Part shown: in pieces, positions 31,983-32,000 of the stretch
How the letters are laid out: each line of letters opens with the position of its first letter
Position numbering within the stretch: position 1 is the first letter of the stretch
From: Candidatus Nitrospira inopinata
Lineage (GTDB): Bacteria > Nitrospirota > Nitrospiria > Nitrospirales > Nitrospiraceae
Reading direction: 5' to 3'
DNA length: 32,000 nt
Assembly (NCBI RefSeq): GCF_001458695.1
Contig: NZ_LN885086.1
Span: 600,001-632,000 of the forward strand
Made by a program: the position numbers and the translations under genes
The notes under the pieces: generated by a model
Databases searched by the model: none
Told to the model about the DNA's origin: nothing
What the model saw: the letters and a program-made list of their open reading frames with translations, nothing else

Positions 31983-32000
31983 CGGCGTGTCCCCTCTCCG

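Noticed and set aside
31986-32000. Second copy of the cccctctcccc palindromic element at the right edge
   Set aside because: Only the C-rich half is visible. On the minus strand it reads GGAGAGGGG at the correct distance to be the SD of the 78-aa ORF. The window ends there, so nothing more can be said.
1-32000. CRISPR arrays, tRNA/rRNA genes, integrases, transposases and toxin-antitoxin pairs
   Set aside because: I saw no regularly spaced repeats of 24 nt or more, no tRNA T-arm signatures (GGTTCGAATCC-like), and no ORF with recombinase or transposase motifs.

Overview
This is a GC-rich (roughly 60%) bacterial chromosomal window made almost entirely of core housekeeping and stress genes. About 27 of roughly 31 genes are on the minus strand. 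The gene content suggests a Gram-negative chemolithotroph, possibly Nitrospira-like, but that is only a guess from the sequence. Reading along the minus strand from the right edge, the genes are: a small membrane protein; cydA and cydB; a site-2 protease with CBS domains; an AI-2E transporter; a GH15 glycosidase; a small lipoprotein with 11-residue repeats; a 95-aa coiled-coil protein; a cyclase-fold hydrolase; zwf; a GH63-like glucosidase; gntK; nhaA; a LapA-like protein; a SERCA-like P-type ATPase followed by a 31-aa micro-ORF; a DUF1207 barrel; ftsH; a four-gene Mla/Mce-type lipid transporter (STAS-MlaE, MlaF, MlaD, PqiC-like lipoprotein); a VIT-family protein; and OsmC. After the plus-strand block come a monoheme cytochrome c, DUF2892, and a TsdA-like diheme cytochrome c that runs off the left edge. 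The only plus-strand and accessory-looking block is about 1650-5600. It holds a restriction-modification islet that looks recently decayed. An Eco57I-like N6-adenine methyltransferase there carries a 1-nt frameshift and a 3' truncation, and a ResIII/DExH helicase is reduced to its N-terminal ATPase lobe plus its C-terminal tail. These are preceded by an apparently intact 230-aa methyltransferase-like ORF that keeps the SAM-binding motif but has no catalytic NPPY-type motif. I found no rRNA, tRNA, CRISPR array, integrase or transposase. I do not see a convincing intact novel multi-gene system. The items most worth a second look are the motif-IV-less methyltransferase-like orphan, a three-arm G/C palindrome over the next ribosome-binding site, a heptamer tandem repeat shared by two intergenic sites, and a micro-ORF downstream of the P-type ATPase. 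All family assignments come from motif recognition by eye, not from a database search.
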